Origin: Elusimicrobiota bacterium
Lineage (GTDB): Bacteria; Elusimicrobiota; Elusimicrobia; Elusimicrobiales; UBA9959
NCBI GenBank assembly: GCA_037137395.1
Contig: JBAXKK010000030.1
Coordinates: 1 to 26,817 of the forward strand
DNA length: 26,817 bases
Reading direction: 5' to 3'
This document shows, piece by piece, positions 17,934-26,817 of the stretch. The notes under the pieces were generated by a model, which was given only the letters and a program-made list of their open reading frames with translations, was not told where the DNA came from and did no database searches. A program made the position numbers and the translations under genes. Position 1 is the first letter of the stretch, and each line of letters opens with the position of its first letter.

Positions 17934-17945
17934 CTTAGGTATAAT
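17917..17945 (+). promoter_or_regulatory. Putative sigma70 promoter for the ferredoxin gene
   Basis: TTGTAA-N17-TATAAT, ~45 nt upstream of ATG 17990. Confidence 0.6.
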
Positions 17946-17989
17946 TTGACCTGTAACCAGTTTTGAATTATCATTATTACGGAGGAAAA

Positions 17990-18175
17990 ATGAAAGCTGT
18001 TATAGATGAAGCCTCGTGCATCAGCTGCGGCCTGTGCGCCAGCGAATGTCCTGAAGTGTTCGAGATGAAAGGCGAAAAAGCCGCCGTCATCGCGACCCCC
18101 GTGCCCGCCGGCAAAGAAGAGACCTGCAAGTCTACGGCCGCTAACTGCCCCGTCTCCTGCATAAAGTGCGAATAA
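17990..18175 (+). CDS. Monocluster ferredoxin
   Basis: CISCGLCASECP…AANCPVSCI; 61 aa; GGAGG SD before ATG 17990. Confidence 0.93.
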   Translation: MKAVIDEASCISCGLCASECPEVFEMKGEKAAVIATPVPAGKEETCKSTAANCPVSCIKCE

Positions 18176-18191
18176 AATAAGTTATTGTGTT

Positions 18192-18235
18192 ACGCCCGCC
18201 CGTGAAGAAGTTCTGTCCGGGCGGGCGTTTAATTT
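18192..18235. terminator. Intrinsic terminator between ferredoxin and the AmpG-like gene
   Basis: ACGCCCGCCCG / CGGGCGGGCGT 11-bp stem followed by TTAATTT. Confidence 0.7.
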
Positions 18236-18239
18236 CCGC

Positions 18240-19736
18240 TCACTTCCCGCCAGCCGCTGTTCCTTCGTCTCTGATCGGCAGTCTGAAAATGACCAGTATG
18301 CCGGGAATAGTCAGCAGGCATACCGCCAGAAAGAAATATTTATAGCCCACGGCCTCCTGCAGCTTGCCGCTTATCATGCCGGGAATCATCATGCCAAGAG
18401 CCATGATGCCGGTGGAAATGGCAAAATGCGCGGTCTTGTATTTCCCTTTACAGATCATCATAAGGTAAACGGTGAAGGCCGTCAGGCCGAGGCCATAGCC
18501 GAACTGCTCCGCCGCCACCAGCAGCGGCACCGGTCCGAAAGGAATGTTGTGCCCCAACAGCGTTATCTGCCGCAGGGCAGGCTGTGCGTAGGCCATATAA
18601 AGGTAGAATACATCAGGCACATGCAGCGCGAATACCATCGGCCACAGGCATTTTCTGAATCCGAATTTGGAAATCAGCCAACCGCCCATAATGCCGCCAA
18701 CGATCAGCGCAAATATACCGGCGCCGCCGTAGATTATACCTACATCGGAAGTGGAAATTCCAAGGCCGCCGTTTTCTACCGCGTCCAGCAGGAACGGCGA
18801 AGTAAGCTTTAGAAGCATAGCCTCCGCCAGACGATACAAGAGAATGAAGGCGATTATATAGCCGATACCATCCATCGTGAAATAAGAGATGAAAGCCTCG
18901 TTAAAGGAACTGCCTTCGGCCGCCAGTTGCTTCTTCAGATAAGGAGAAAGGTACTTCCGGGCTATAAAGACCAGAGCCGCGACGATTATCGCGGCGGCGC
19001 CCAGCTTTTGCCCCAGGCCGGAGAGCATATTGAAAAGCCACACCAGCAGGCCGGCGGCGACGAGATACCCTGCCATGGTTCCCAGCGAGCGCATTACGGC
19101 AATCGGCTCGGCCTTGGCTTTAGGCACATCCTCGGCGGGATACGGGAGGATAAAACGGTGATAGAGGAACAGCGCCAGGAATATGCCCGCGGAGATGATG
19201 AGCATTATGCTCCAGCTGCCGGGTATATCTCCCAGCGCTTCCTGTAACTGCCCGGCCCGGTATACCAGAAAACCGGTCCCGAAGATCATCGCGAAGCGGT
19301 AGAACATGGAACGGATGCCTACGAAGAAGGCCTGGTCCTCCTTGGTTAAAGCCAGCATGTAAAACCCATCCGTAGCGATGTCGTGCGTGGCCGAGACGAA
19401 GGCTCCGATGGCGAAGGCTAGAAGCGATACCGCGAAGAAATGCTGTCCGGTCAGTGACAGGGCTGCGGCGGCCAGACAGCAGGCCATGATCAGCTGAGAA
19501 TATACCAGCCATTTGCGGCGGGTGGCGTACATGTCAACCATTGGCCCCCAGAGCATTTTTATGACCCAGGGCAAATAAAGCCAGCTTGTCCAGAAGGCTA
19601 TGTCGGCGTTGGAGACGCCCATGTTCTTGTACAAGATTACTGAAACAGAATTTATAAGGATGTAGGGTAGGCCCTCGGCAAAATAAGTGGTGGGGATGAA
19701 CGACCAGGGACTTCTAGTTTCGGCTTTAGAAAACAT
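18240..19736 (-). CDS. MFS transporter, AmpG/PAT family (muropeptide permease-like)
   Basis: PWSFIPTTYFAEGLP, LPWVIKMLWGP, SATHDIATDGFY, KYKTAHFAISTG; GGAGG SD supports ATG 19736. Confidence 0.87.
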   Translation of the reverse strand: MFSKAETRSPWSFIPTTYFAEGLPYILINSVSVILYKNMGVSNADIAFWTSWLYLPWVIKMLWGPMVDMYATRRKWLVYSQLIMACCLAAAALSLTGQHFFAVSLLAFAIGAFVSATHDIATDGFYMLALTKEDQAFFVGIRSMFYRFAMIFGTGFLVYRAGQLQEALGDIPGSWSIMLIISAGIFLALFLYHRFILPYPAEDVPKAKAEPIAVMRSLGTMAGYLVAAGLLVWLFNMLSGLGQKLGAAAIIVAALVFIARKYLSPYLKKQLAAEGSSFNEAFISYFTMDGIGYIIAFILLYRLAEAMLLKLTSPFLLDAVENGGLGISTSDVGIIYGGAGIFALIVGGIMGGWLISKFGFRKCLWPMVFALHVPDVFYLYMAYAQPALRQITLLGHNIPFGPVPLLVAAEQFGYGLGLTAFTVYLMMICKGKYKTAHFAISTGIMALGMMIPGMISGKLQEAVGYKYFFLAVCLLTIPGILVIFRLPIRDEGTAAGGK

Positions 19737-19886
19737 TAAAAACCTCCGCTGCGTCTTTAGTTCGAAGATTGCAGGACCGGAAGGCGGATCAGATGATCGG
19801 CTGCTCACGAAATATATTAATAGCCGCGATCCAGTCCTGCGGTTCACCCATAGTTTAACTTTTGGCCGCTGGGTTTTCAAGAATTT

Positions 19887-19895
19887 TGCTAGAAT
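19887..19895 (+). promoter_or_regulatory. Putative extended -10 promoter for the YidE-like gene
   Basis: TGcTAGAAT, ~67 nt upstream of ATG 19963. Confidence 0.35.
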
Positions 19896-19962
19896 TTAAT
19901 AACTGACCAGTAATAGACAATAGATCGTAACGGGCTGTCAGTCGCTCCGCCGGAGATACATT

Positions 19963-21618
19963 ATGGATCTGCTCTCGCTGCTTTTCTCCCCCGAATCCGT
20001 GGCTTATTCCGTGCTGGTTATTACGCTGGTCGGCGCGACTGGTCTGGCATTCGGCAATATTAAGTTCTTCGGCATCAATCTGGGCATAGCTGGCGTCCTG
20101 TTCGCCGGCATCGTATTCGGGCATTTCGGCGTGAATGTCAACAAGGAAACCCTTGAGTTCCTCCGTGAGTTCGGCCTTATTCTTTTCGTATATTCCATAG
20201 GAACCCAGGTGGGGCCGGGCTTTTTTTCCTCCTTCCGCAAAGAGGGCATACGTCTTAATCTGCTCGCCGGGGCCGTGGTCCTGGGCGGCGTCGCCATCAC
20301 ACTGCTGCTTGCCCGCTTTGCCGGCATAGACATTCCGACCGCGGTCGGGATGTACGCGGGAGCCGTTACCAATACACCTTCGCTGGCCGCCGCCCAGCAG
20401 ACACTGAACGGCATAAATCCCGATCTCGGCAACACCGCTTCCGTCGGTTACGCTCTCGCCTATCCCGGCGCCATTCTGGGCATTATCCTGACAATGGTGC
20501 TGATAAAATTCATTTTCCGGAAGCAGGTCGCTGAAGACATGAAGTATGTTCCCGGTACCCGCAGCGAATCAGATTTTGCCGCCATGAGCATCAGGGTTGA
20601 GAATAAGAATCTGGACGGATTAAAGATTAAAGACATTCCCGCCAGCCAGGAACTGGGCGTGGTCGTCTCACGCGTTTACCGCTCGGGGCGGATGGAAGTC
20701 GCTCACGACGGCACCATTATACGTATCGGTGATATTATACTGGCCGTGGGTAAGACCGCGAGCGTTAAAAACTTCATGATCGTGGTCGGTTCTCCCAGCG
20801 AGATGGACCTTAAAAAAGTGCCCAGCCGCATAGTGCATTCACGAGTCATTGTGACCCACAAGGATGTTATAGGCAAGACCCTGGACGAGATACAGCTTGA
20901 GTCGCAGTATAATGTAATCGCGACCCGCGTGGCCAGGGCGGATCTGGAATTCATCGTCTCCGACAACTATGTTCTGCAGTTCGCCGACAATCTGGTCATC
21001 GTGGGTGAGGAGTCCAGCGTAGAGAAGGCCGCGGCCCGGCTTGGTAATTCCCCAAAAGACCTGAACCATCCCCAGCTTATTCCCGCGTTCATAGGCATAG
21101 GCCTGGGTGTCATCCTGGGCTCGATACCATTCACTATACCCGGCCTCGCCACACCTGTAAAGCTGGGGCTTGCCGGCGGGCCGCTGATCATGGCTATTGT
21201 TTTGAGTTACGCGCAGACCATCGGCCCGCTTAACTGGTATATGCCGCCGGCCGGTAACCTGATGCTCCGCGAATTGGGGATAGTGCTGTTTCTGGCCTGC
21301 GTCGGCCTTAAGGCCGGCGGGAAGTTTCTGGAAACACTGGTGACGGGCAATGGCGTTACCATTATGCTTCTTTCCTTTGTAATCACAGTGGTGCCGATAA
21401 TTATAGTCGGCATCTTCGCCAAGTTTAAGTATAAACTGAACTATATGGCCCTGTGCGGCGCGCTGGCGGGCTCAATGACTGATCCGCCCGCTCTGGCTTT
21501 TGCCAATTCCATGGCCGGTTCCAATATACCAGCCATGTCCTACGCCACCGTATATCCGCTGGTAATGATCATGCGCGTGATTTCCGCGCAAATCCTGGTA
21601 TTGATATTTATGAGATGA
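19963..21618 (+). CDS. YidE/YbjL-family (AAE) putative transporter with two TrkA-C domains
   Basis: EFGLILFVYSIG, GAVTNTPSLAAAQ, KLGLAGGPLI, LAGSMTDPPALAFA, YATVYPL. Confidence 0.9.
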   Translation: MDLLSLLFSPESVAYSVLVITLVGATGLAFGNIKFFGINLGIAGVLFAGIVFGHFGVNVNKETLEFLREFGLILFVYSIGTQVGPGFFSSFRKEGIRLNLLAGAVVLGGVAITLLLARFAGIDIPTAVGMYAGAVTNTPSLAAAQQTLNGINPDLGNTASVGYALAYPGAILGIILTMVLIKFIFRKQVAEDMKYVPGTRSESDFAAMSIRVENKNLDGLKIKDIPASQELGVVVSRVYRSGRMEVAHDGTIIRIGDIILAVGKTASVKNFMIVVGSPSEMDLKKVPSRIVHSRVIVTHKDVIGKTLDEIQLESQYNVIATRVARADLEFIVSDNYVLQFADNLVIVGEESSVEKAAARLGNSPKDLNHPQLIPAFIGIGLGVILGSIPFTIPGLATPVKLGLAGGPLIMAIVLSYAQTIGPLNWYMPPAGNLMLRELGIVLFLACVGLKAGGKFLETLVTGNGVTIMLLSFVITVVPIIIVGIFAKFKYKLNYMALCGALAGSMTDPPALAFANSMAGSNIPAMSYATVYPLVMIMRVISAQILVLIFMR

Positions 21619-21692
21619 AGCAGTATCGGGCAGGCGCTGAAAAGCGGAAATGTTCCGCCCTTTGGCTTTAGAACGCGGTTCTTCTTTTCTCC

Positions 21693-22898
21693 TCAGACGG
21701 GCAGACGGCTTTCAATAATCCATTTTGTGAACGGGAAACTGCCCGTAAAGGCCGGGCTGACGGCGTTAAGGATATGCGTGCTGGCCTTGTCCCCCTCCAC
21801 CACAAAATCCTGAACCAGTTCCCTGGTTTTAGTATTCAGCAGCTGTGCCCGTATTCCGGGCCTGCTCCATTCGCTGAAGCCGGCGGTATCTATCTCGCGC
21901 ACCAGTTTTAAGCCGAGTCCCACAAAAAATGGTTTGTAATATTTCCGTATCTCTTCCCAGGCCAGATTTCTGAAGCCAAAAGAGTTGGTCAGAAAAAGTA
22001 TGGCTTCATAGGCCGCGGCTTCCATCGCCTCAGCCGGGCTGAAATTGTCAAAGCCATTATAGTTCTCGCGCCAGAAAGCCGGAATCGCGGTCGGTCCGAG
22101 CTTTACATGGCCGTCCACGGTAACCGTGTAATGGACGCCAAGAAATGGATTTTTAAGATTCGGAACCGGATACACGTTCACTTTCAGCGGCGGCTTGACT
22201 CCGGAATACTTGATATATATTCCTTTAAACGGAATTATGACGTAATGTTTTGAGAACCCGAAATCCCCTGCGATCTTGTCGGCGTAAAGTCCGGCGGCGT
22301 TTACAAGGTGGCCGAACCGTATAAGGCGGCCCCTGGTGGTCTCAATAACATTTTCCCCCGCGGGTTTTTTATATCCTTCGGCGAACAATATTTCCACCCC
22401 GGTTTTTAAAAGCTGATCTTTAAGATGCGCGCATATTTCAACCGGGTCGACGGTCGCGGTTGTCGGGGAATAAAGCGCCTTTTGGAAGGTTTTGGCGTTC
22501 GGCTCAATTTCCGCGAGCTCCCCCTCGGTTATCAGGCGCACGTCCACGCCGTTGGCTAAGCCGCGCTTTTCAAGTTCGTGTAAGGCCCGCAGCTCCGTTT
22601 CATCCCCGGCGACGACTACCTTCCCGCATTCGTTGACGGCCAAATTATTGTCCCGGCAGTATTTTTTAAGCGCTATATTCCCGTCCCGGGTAAACCGGGC
22701 TTTTAGTGAATTTGAGGTGTAATAAAACCCCGCGTGCAGGACTCCGCTGTTCCGGCCGCTGCTGTGCAGGGCGACATCGGGCTCTTTCTCAAGCAGTAGA
22801 ATCTTTTTGTCGGGCGCTTTTTCCTGAAGCTGTCTGGCAAGCGTAAGCCCTATTATCCCCGCGCCTATTATGAGAAAATCTGTTTTTTCAGTCTGCAT
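21693..22898 (-). CDS. lhgO: L-2-hydroxyglutarate oxidase family FAD-dependent oxidoreductase
   Basis: IIGAGIIG, SGRNSGVLHAGFYY, NAAGLYAD, PFLGVH, GIRAQ, NAVSPAFT. Confidence 0.85.
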   Translation of the reverse strand: MQTEKTDFLIIGAGIIGLTLARQLQEKAPDKKILLLEKEPDVALHSSGRNSGVLHAGFYYTSNSLKARFTRDGNIALKKYCRDNNLAVNECGKVVVAGDETELRALHELEKRGLANGVDVRLITEGELAEIEPNAKTFQKALYSPTTATVDPVEICAHLKDQLLKTGVEILFAEGYKKPAGENVIETTRGRLIRFGHLVNAAGLYADKIAGDFGFSKHYVIIPFKGIYIKYSGVKPPLKVNVYPVPNLKNPFLGVHYTVTVDGHVKLGPTAIPAFWRENYNGFDNFSPAEAMEAAAYEAILFLTNSFGFRNLAWEEIRKYYKPFFVGLGLKLVREIDTAGFSEWSRPGIRAQLLNTKTRELVQDFVVEGDKASTHILNAVSPAFTGSFPFTKWIIESRLPV

Positions 22899-22925
22899 TG
22901 CTTTATCCCGCCGAGGCTTTCCCGT

Positions 22926-22934
22926 ATTATATCA
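22926..22934 (-). promoter_or_regulatory. Putative extended -10 internal promoter for lhgO
   Basis: Minus strand TGA-TATAAT, ~27 nt upstream of the lhgO ATG. Confidence 0.45.
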
Positions 22935-22959
22935 AATCAAGTATTTTATTGCCCCGGGT

Positions 22960-24717
22960 TCAGTCTTCAGGTTTTTTGCCGATCTGTTCTTCCAGCCGGG
23001 TCCTTTCGTATATTTTTCTGTAGAGGCCGTTCAAGGCCATCAGCTCCGCGTGGGTTCCCTTTTCGGCCAGGCAGCCATCATCCATGGCTAATATAAGATC
23101 CGCGTGCTCTATGGTTTTAACCCTGTGGGTCACTATCAGGCAAATGGCGTCAGGCAGCTCCGTTCTGAAAGCCTTCCAGAAATTCTCTTCGGTCTGCGCG
23201 TCCATGGCGCTTGTGGCATCGTCGAACAGGACTACATCGGGGCGGGCGAGTATCGCCCGAGCTATAGCCACGCGCTGCTTCTGGCCGCCGGACAGAGCCA
23301 GCCCCCGCGTTCCAACGAAAGTATCAAGCCCTTTAGGGAGCCTTTCCATGTCGTGCTTAAGCTGCGACACACGGACAGCTCTTTCAACCGCGCCCTCCGG
23401 AAGGCTTTCGCGGCCGAGAGTAATATTGTTACGCACGGTGTCGGTCAATATAAAGGGATCCTGGGTCACCAGACCCATGTGAGAACGCAGTTCTTCCGGA
23501 GAGAAATTTCGCACAGGTGTTCCATTGATAAGGATCTCGCCGGATGAAAATTCTGAAAGCCGGGTCAGGAGCGAGATGAGGCTGCTTTTGCCGGAACCTA
23601 TTTTTCCCACAACGGCCACCAGCTGCCCGCGCCGAGTTTCAAAAGTTATCTTCTTAAGGAGTGTGACATCCTCTTTATCCGTTTTTACGCAGACGCCCGA
23701 GACCCGTATATTTTCTATGGCAGCCGGCGGCGGGAGCGGATTTTGCGGCCTTATTACGCCGCTTTTCACCTGCAGCAGTTCGTCTACGCGTTTTATGGAC
23801 GCGCCGGCCCTGGTCCCCGCTACGAAAAACTGACTTATATCCATAAGCGGCATCATTATCATGCCGGAGTAGAAGTAAAAGGCTATCAAATCTCCCAGAG
23901 TGGCGCTGCCCTTTATCACCATTAGACCGCCGGCCAGGTAAAGTATGGCAATCGACACGAAGTTAGCGTAATGGAAAAAGTAAGAGAAGAGTATATCCAT
24001 ACGGGAAGATGAAACTTCGGCTTCTTTTTGCGTCTCGGCCCTGTCGGAAAAAAAAGCGCTTTGGGCGGCTTCCTTGGCGTTGGCTTTTATCAGTTTTACG
24101 CCTGTGAAGCAGGTCTCAAGAAAGTCGTAAATAAAGGTTATGCTTTTCTGCAGCGCGTCGTAACGCTGGTGGAGCTTTTTGCCGGTTTTTATGGAGGCCG
24201 CAAGTATGAAAGGCGCGGGCAGGAGCACCCAAAAACTGAGCCAGGGGTTAAGCATGATCATCATCGCGACGGCGGCTGTGAGCGTGAAAACAGACTGGAT
24301 GAACCGGAATACTCCGGAACACGAGAACCAGGATATTTTGCGCGAAATGTCATCTATCATCCGGGTAACCAGATCTCCAGTGGTAAAGCGGTAATAGAAG
24401 TGGCGGTCCAGTTTGATGATGTGCTCAAAAACCTCTTTACGAAATTCCCACTCCAGGCGCATATTCATGTAAGCGCGGTTGCGCTGCGCCACCACGCTCA
24501 CCAGCGTATTAGCCACGCCCACGCCAAGTATAAGGCAGATATTGCGGCGCAGATACTCGCGGGTTATCTCGCCGTTAAGGCCGTTTATTATCTGTTTTAT
24601 CAGGTACGGATACACGGCGCCGAGTATGGCGCTTGCCAGGCCCAGAAGTATTATGGCGGACATGCGGTATTTATGCCGCCGCCAATAGGGAAAAAGCCAC
24701 TTTAGGGTGAAGATCAT
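22960..24717 (-). CDS. ABC exporter half-transporter, MdlA/YheI-like (degenerate Walker B)
   Basis: TMD plus NBD; TTGDLVTR, GKIGSGKS, LSGGQKQR, VLFDDATSAMD. Confidence 0.88.
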   Translation of the reverse strand: MIFTLKWLFPYWRRHKYRMSAIILLGLASAILGAVYPYLIKQIINGLNGEITREYLRRNICLILGVGVANTLVSVVAQRNRAYMNMRLEWEFRKEVFEHIIKLDRHFYYRFTTGDLVTRMIDDISRKISWFSCSGVFRFIQSVFTLTAAVAMMIMLNPWLSFWVLLPAPFILAASIKTGKKLHQRYDALQKSITFIYDFLETCFTGVKLIKANAKEAAQSAFFSDRAETQKEAEVSSSRMDILFSYFFHYANFVSIAILYLAGGLMVIKGSATLGDLIAFYFYSGMIMMPLMDISQFFVAGTRAGASIKRVDELLQVKSGVIRPQNPLPPPAAIENIRVSGVCVKTDKEDVTLLKKITFETRRGQLVAVVGKIGSGKSSLISLLTRLSEFSSGEILINGTPVRNFSPEELRSHMGLVTQDPFILTDTVRNNITLGRESLPEGAVERAVRVSQLKHDMERLPKGLDTFVGTRGLALSGGQKQRVAIARAILARPDVVLFDDATSAMDAQTEENFWKAFRTELPDAICLIVTHRVKTIEHADLILAMDDGCLAEKGTHAELMALNGLYRKIYERTRLEEQIGKKPED

Positions 24718-24738
24718 AATGTTCCGGCAGAATTCAGT

Positions 24739-26514
24739 CTAACTCTCCCCGAACTGCAGTTTGTAAAATTTAGAGTATATGCCGCCTTTTTCCAGCAGCT
24801 GGCTATGCGTGCCGCTTTCCTTTATCTCGCCCTCCGAAATCAGCAGGATGTTGTCGGCATTTAGTATTGTCGAGAGCCGATGGGCGATAACTATCATGGT
24901 TCTGCTGCTGAGGAGGCGCTGCATGGCCGTGTTTATGAGCCGCTCCGTGTGCGGGTCGATGTGCGAGGTCGCCTCGTCAAGCACAAGCACCTCCTGATTC
25001 AGCACCATCGCGCGAGCCAGCGAGATCACCTGCTTTTCTCCGGCGGAGAGGTTCACGCCCTTTTCCACGATATGCTTGTTGAGGCCGTGATGTTTGAAAA
25101 ATGCTTCCAGACCTATGGTTTTTATGGCGTCATGAACCATCGAGTCAGGAATGGCCTCGTCCATAAGTTTCAGGTTCTGCATTATAGTGCCGGGGAAAAG
25201 ATAGATGTCCTGGTGCACCAGCCCTATGGCGGTCCGCAGGGAATTAAGGCCGATGTCGGAGAGATTCACGCCGTCTATGAGGATTTTCCCTTTTTGCGGA
25301 GCGTAAAATCTGAAAAGAAGGTTGGTAACCGTTGTTTTTCCACCGCCGGTTTCGCCCACTATGGCCAGGCTTTTGCCCTTAGGCAGTTTGAATGAGATAT
25401 TTTTCAGCACCCAGGGCGAGTCGTCGGCGTAGCGCATCCAGACGTTCCTGAACTCAATCCCCTCGCGTATGGAATGTATATAGCGCGGAGCCGGGCCGTC
25501 GACTATCGCGGGGCGGCGTTCCATTATGCGCTGTATGCGGTGTCCGGCCGCGAACGAGCGCTGTATTATGCTGATGTGCTCGGACAATCTGAAGACCGGC
25601 TCAAACAGTTTATCTATGTAGAGTATAAACATCACAAGCGTGCCTATGCTTATCGTGTGGTCTATGGCCCAGCCGCCGCCCACGCCCAGTATGATCGCTA
25701 TAGCGACAGGGCTCAGCAATATGACGCTGAGGTAGAAAATTATCATCATTAATTCGCCTCTCAGCTCCGCGTCAAATTTTCTTTTGTTTATCGCCTCAAG
25801 TTTTTCCGCCGCCATCTTTTCCCGGTTGAAGGCCTGAAGCAGGGCTATGGCGTTCAGATGCTCGGTGAGGAACCCCGATATTTCGCTGGTGAGTTTTCTG
25901 ACCGTGACGAACAGCGAGGCGCTTTTTCTGAGGAAAATGAAGCTGATGGCGAGCACGAAAGGAAATACCGAGGAGAGGATCAGCGTCAGGCGCGGGCTGA
26001 AGTAGAACATCACGCCGAAAGTGACGACGAACATCAGCATGTCGCGAAAGATGGTTACGGTCGTCTCCGTGAAAAGTTCGTAAAGGCTGCTGGTGTCGGC
26101 CTGCACGCGGGCGGTGAGGCGGCCAACGGGGTATTCGGAGTAGAAGGGCAGGTCCAGCGCCAGCATGCGTGAGAGCATGCGCTTTTTCAGGTCCGTAATT
26201 ATCTGCTGGCCTGTCTTTATCAGGCGCATCTGAAGCAGGTAGTTGAAACCCATGAACAACAGGGAGTTCAGAAACAGGCCGCCTACGACCATTGCCAGCA
26301 GGCGGATGTTCTTAGACGGTATGGCGGTGTCAATTATGTACTTGGCGATGATGGGCGAGAGAAGGGTGAAAGCGGTGGAGAGAAGAAGCCAGGCGAAAGC
26401 TGCCATAAACCCGCGTTTCTCCGGCACGATCAGCCCTGAGATCATGCGGAAGGTGGCTTTGTAGTTTATCTTATCTTTCGGGTCCTGGCCGTCGTCGTCG
26501 CGAGATACATGCAT
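24739..26514 (-). CDS. ABC exporter half-transporter, MdlB/YheH-like
   Basis: TMD plus NBD; PVGRLTAR, GETGGGKTT, LSAGEKQ, VLDEATSHID, IAHRLST. Confidence 0.88.
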   Translation of the reverse strand: MHVSRDDDGQDPKDKINYKATFRMISGLIVPEKRGFMAAFAWLLLSTAFTLLSPIIAKYIIDTAIPSKNIRLLAMVVGGLFLNSLLFMGFNYLLQMRLIKTGQQIITDLKKRMLSRMLALDLPFYSEYPVGRLTARVQADTSSLYELFTETTVTIFRDMLMFVVTFGVMFYFSPRLTLILSSVFPFVLAISFIFLRKSASLFVTVRKLTSEISGFLTEHLNAIALLQAFNREKMAAEKLEAINKRKFDAELRGELMMIIFYLSVILLSPVAIAIILGVGGGWAIDHTISIGTLVMFILYIDKLFEPVFRLSEHISIIQRSFAAGHRIQRIMERRPAIVDGPAPRYIHSIREGIEFRNVWMRYADDSPWVLKNISFKLPKGKSLAIVGETGGGKTTVTNLLFRFYAPQKGKILIDGVNLSDIGLNSLRTAIGLVHQDIYLFPGTIMQNLKLMDEAIPDSMVHDAIKTIGLEAFFKHHGLNKHIVEKGVNLSAGEKQVISLARAMVLNQEVLVLDEATSHIDPHTERLINTAMQRLLSSRTMIVIAHRLSTILNADNILLISEGEIKESGTHSQLLEKGGIYSKFYKLQFGES

Positions 26515-26563
26515 TTGTTATATTCTATAAAAGTAAAAGATGAAAGGGTGACAGGCAGCAGGT

Positions 26564-26602
26564 AAAAAAAGAAAAGGCTTAAGCGCTTCTTAAGCCTTTT
26601 CT
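26564..26602 (-). terminator. Intrinsic terminator after the oxidoreductase gamma subunit
   Basis: AGAAAAGGCTTAAG-CGCTT-CTTAAGCCTTTTCT 14-bp stem, with an adjacent A-run that gives a U-tract on the minus strand. Confidence 0.8.
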
Positions 26603-26622
26603 CTCACAAACATGTGTTATGC

Positions 26623-26817
26623 CTAGTTTATCGCCGCACCTCTTTTTAGGGCCTTAATATTGATCTCGATAACTTCCGGCTTCAGCTTCTTGTAGACCTT
26701 CGGCAGGGCTTTAGAGATGGCGTCCACCGATACGGCGCCGGTGGCGGCGGCAAAAGCGCCCAGCGCCACCATGTTCATGATCTTCGCGTTGCCCAGTTCG
26801 GCTGCAATCTCATTGCA
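26623..26817 (-). CDS. 2-oxoacid:ferredoxin oxidoreductase gamma subunit (3' end, partial)
   Basis: Manual translation: CNEIAAELGNAKIMNMVALGAFAAATG…VIEINIKALKRGAAIN*; NMVALGA and NxKAL motifs of KorC/PorG-type subunits. Not in the ORF track. Confidence 0.85.
   Translation of the reverse strand, partial: CNEIAAELGNAKIMNMVALGAFAAATGAVSVDAISKALPKVYKKLKPEVIEINIKALKRGAAIN

Noticed and set aside
19772..19784. CAGGACCGGAAGG resembling SRP RNA domain IV
   Set aside because: The required AGCAG/AGCAA after the GGAA hairpin is absent, and the CAGG is instead paired in a different stem.
19737..19880. Extended N-terminus for the AmpG-like gene; also starts at 7084 and 17963
   Set aside because: Downstream ATGs with SD sequences or stop/start overlap (19736, 7135, 17990) fit better.
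120..26464. Numerous long antisense or alternate-frame ORFs (e.g. 120-917, 3135-3779, 12953-13687, 24028-24705)
   Set aside because: They overlap well-supported genes and are expected from codon bias; no independent motifs.

Overview
Bacterial chromosomal window of mostly housekeeping and transport genes. An Elusimicrobiota-like anaerobe is inferred from the pilin-like protein and gene content; this was not checked against any database. Gene order: tRNA-Leu(TAG), tig, clpP, lon (no clpX), then a closely coupled DUF885-like / ABC ATPase / permease / TPR (PilH/I/G- or Xap-like) block facing a pilin-like gene that lacks a prepilin signal. Next come ackA, a K+ channel, a DUF2914 protein, a small membrane protein, a MalEFGK-type sugar ABC operon, a ferredoxin, an AmpG-like MFS, a YidE/YbjL transporter, LhgO, a heterodimeric MdlAB-like exporter and the 3' end of a 2-oxoacid:ferredoxin oxidoreductase gamma subunit. 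Most notable observations: (1) a composite intergenic module (covarying triloop hairpin, GCCATAR heptamer tract, and in two copies a palindromic core plus inverted tract) after malE, malF and malG, with a related mirrored-heptamer design after tig; (2) two related ~270-310 bp structured MITE/ncRNA-like elements; (3) a ClpP with a Ser-His-Asn triad; (4) a DUF885 protein with its putative metal-binding motifs replaced.
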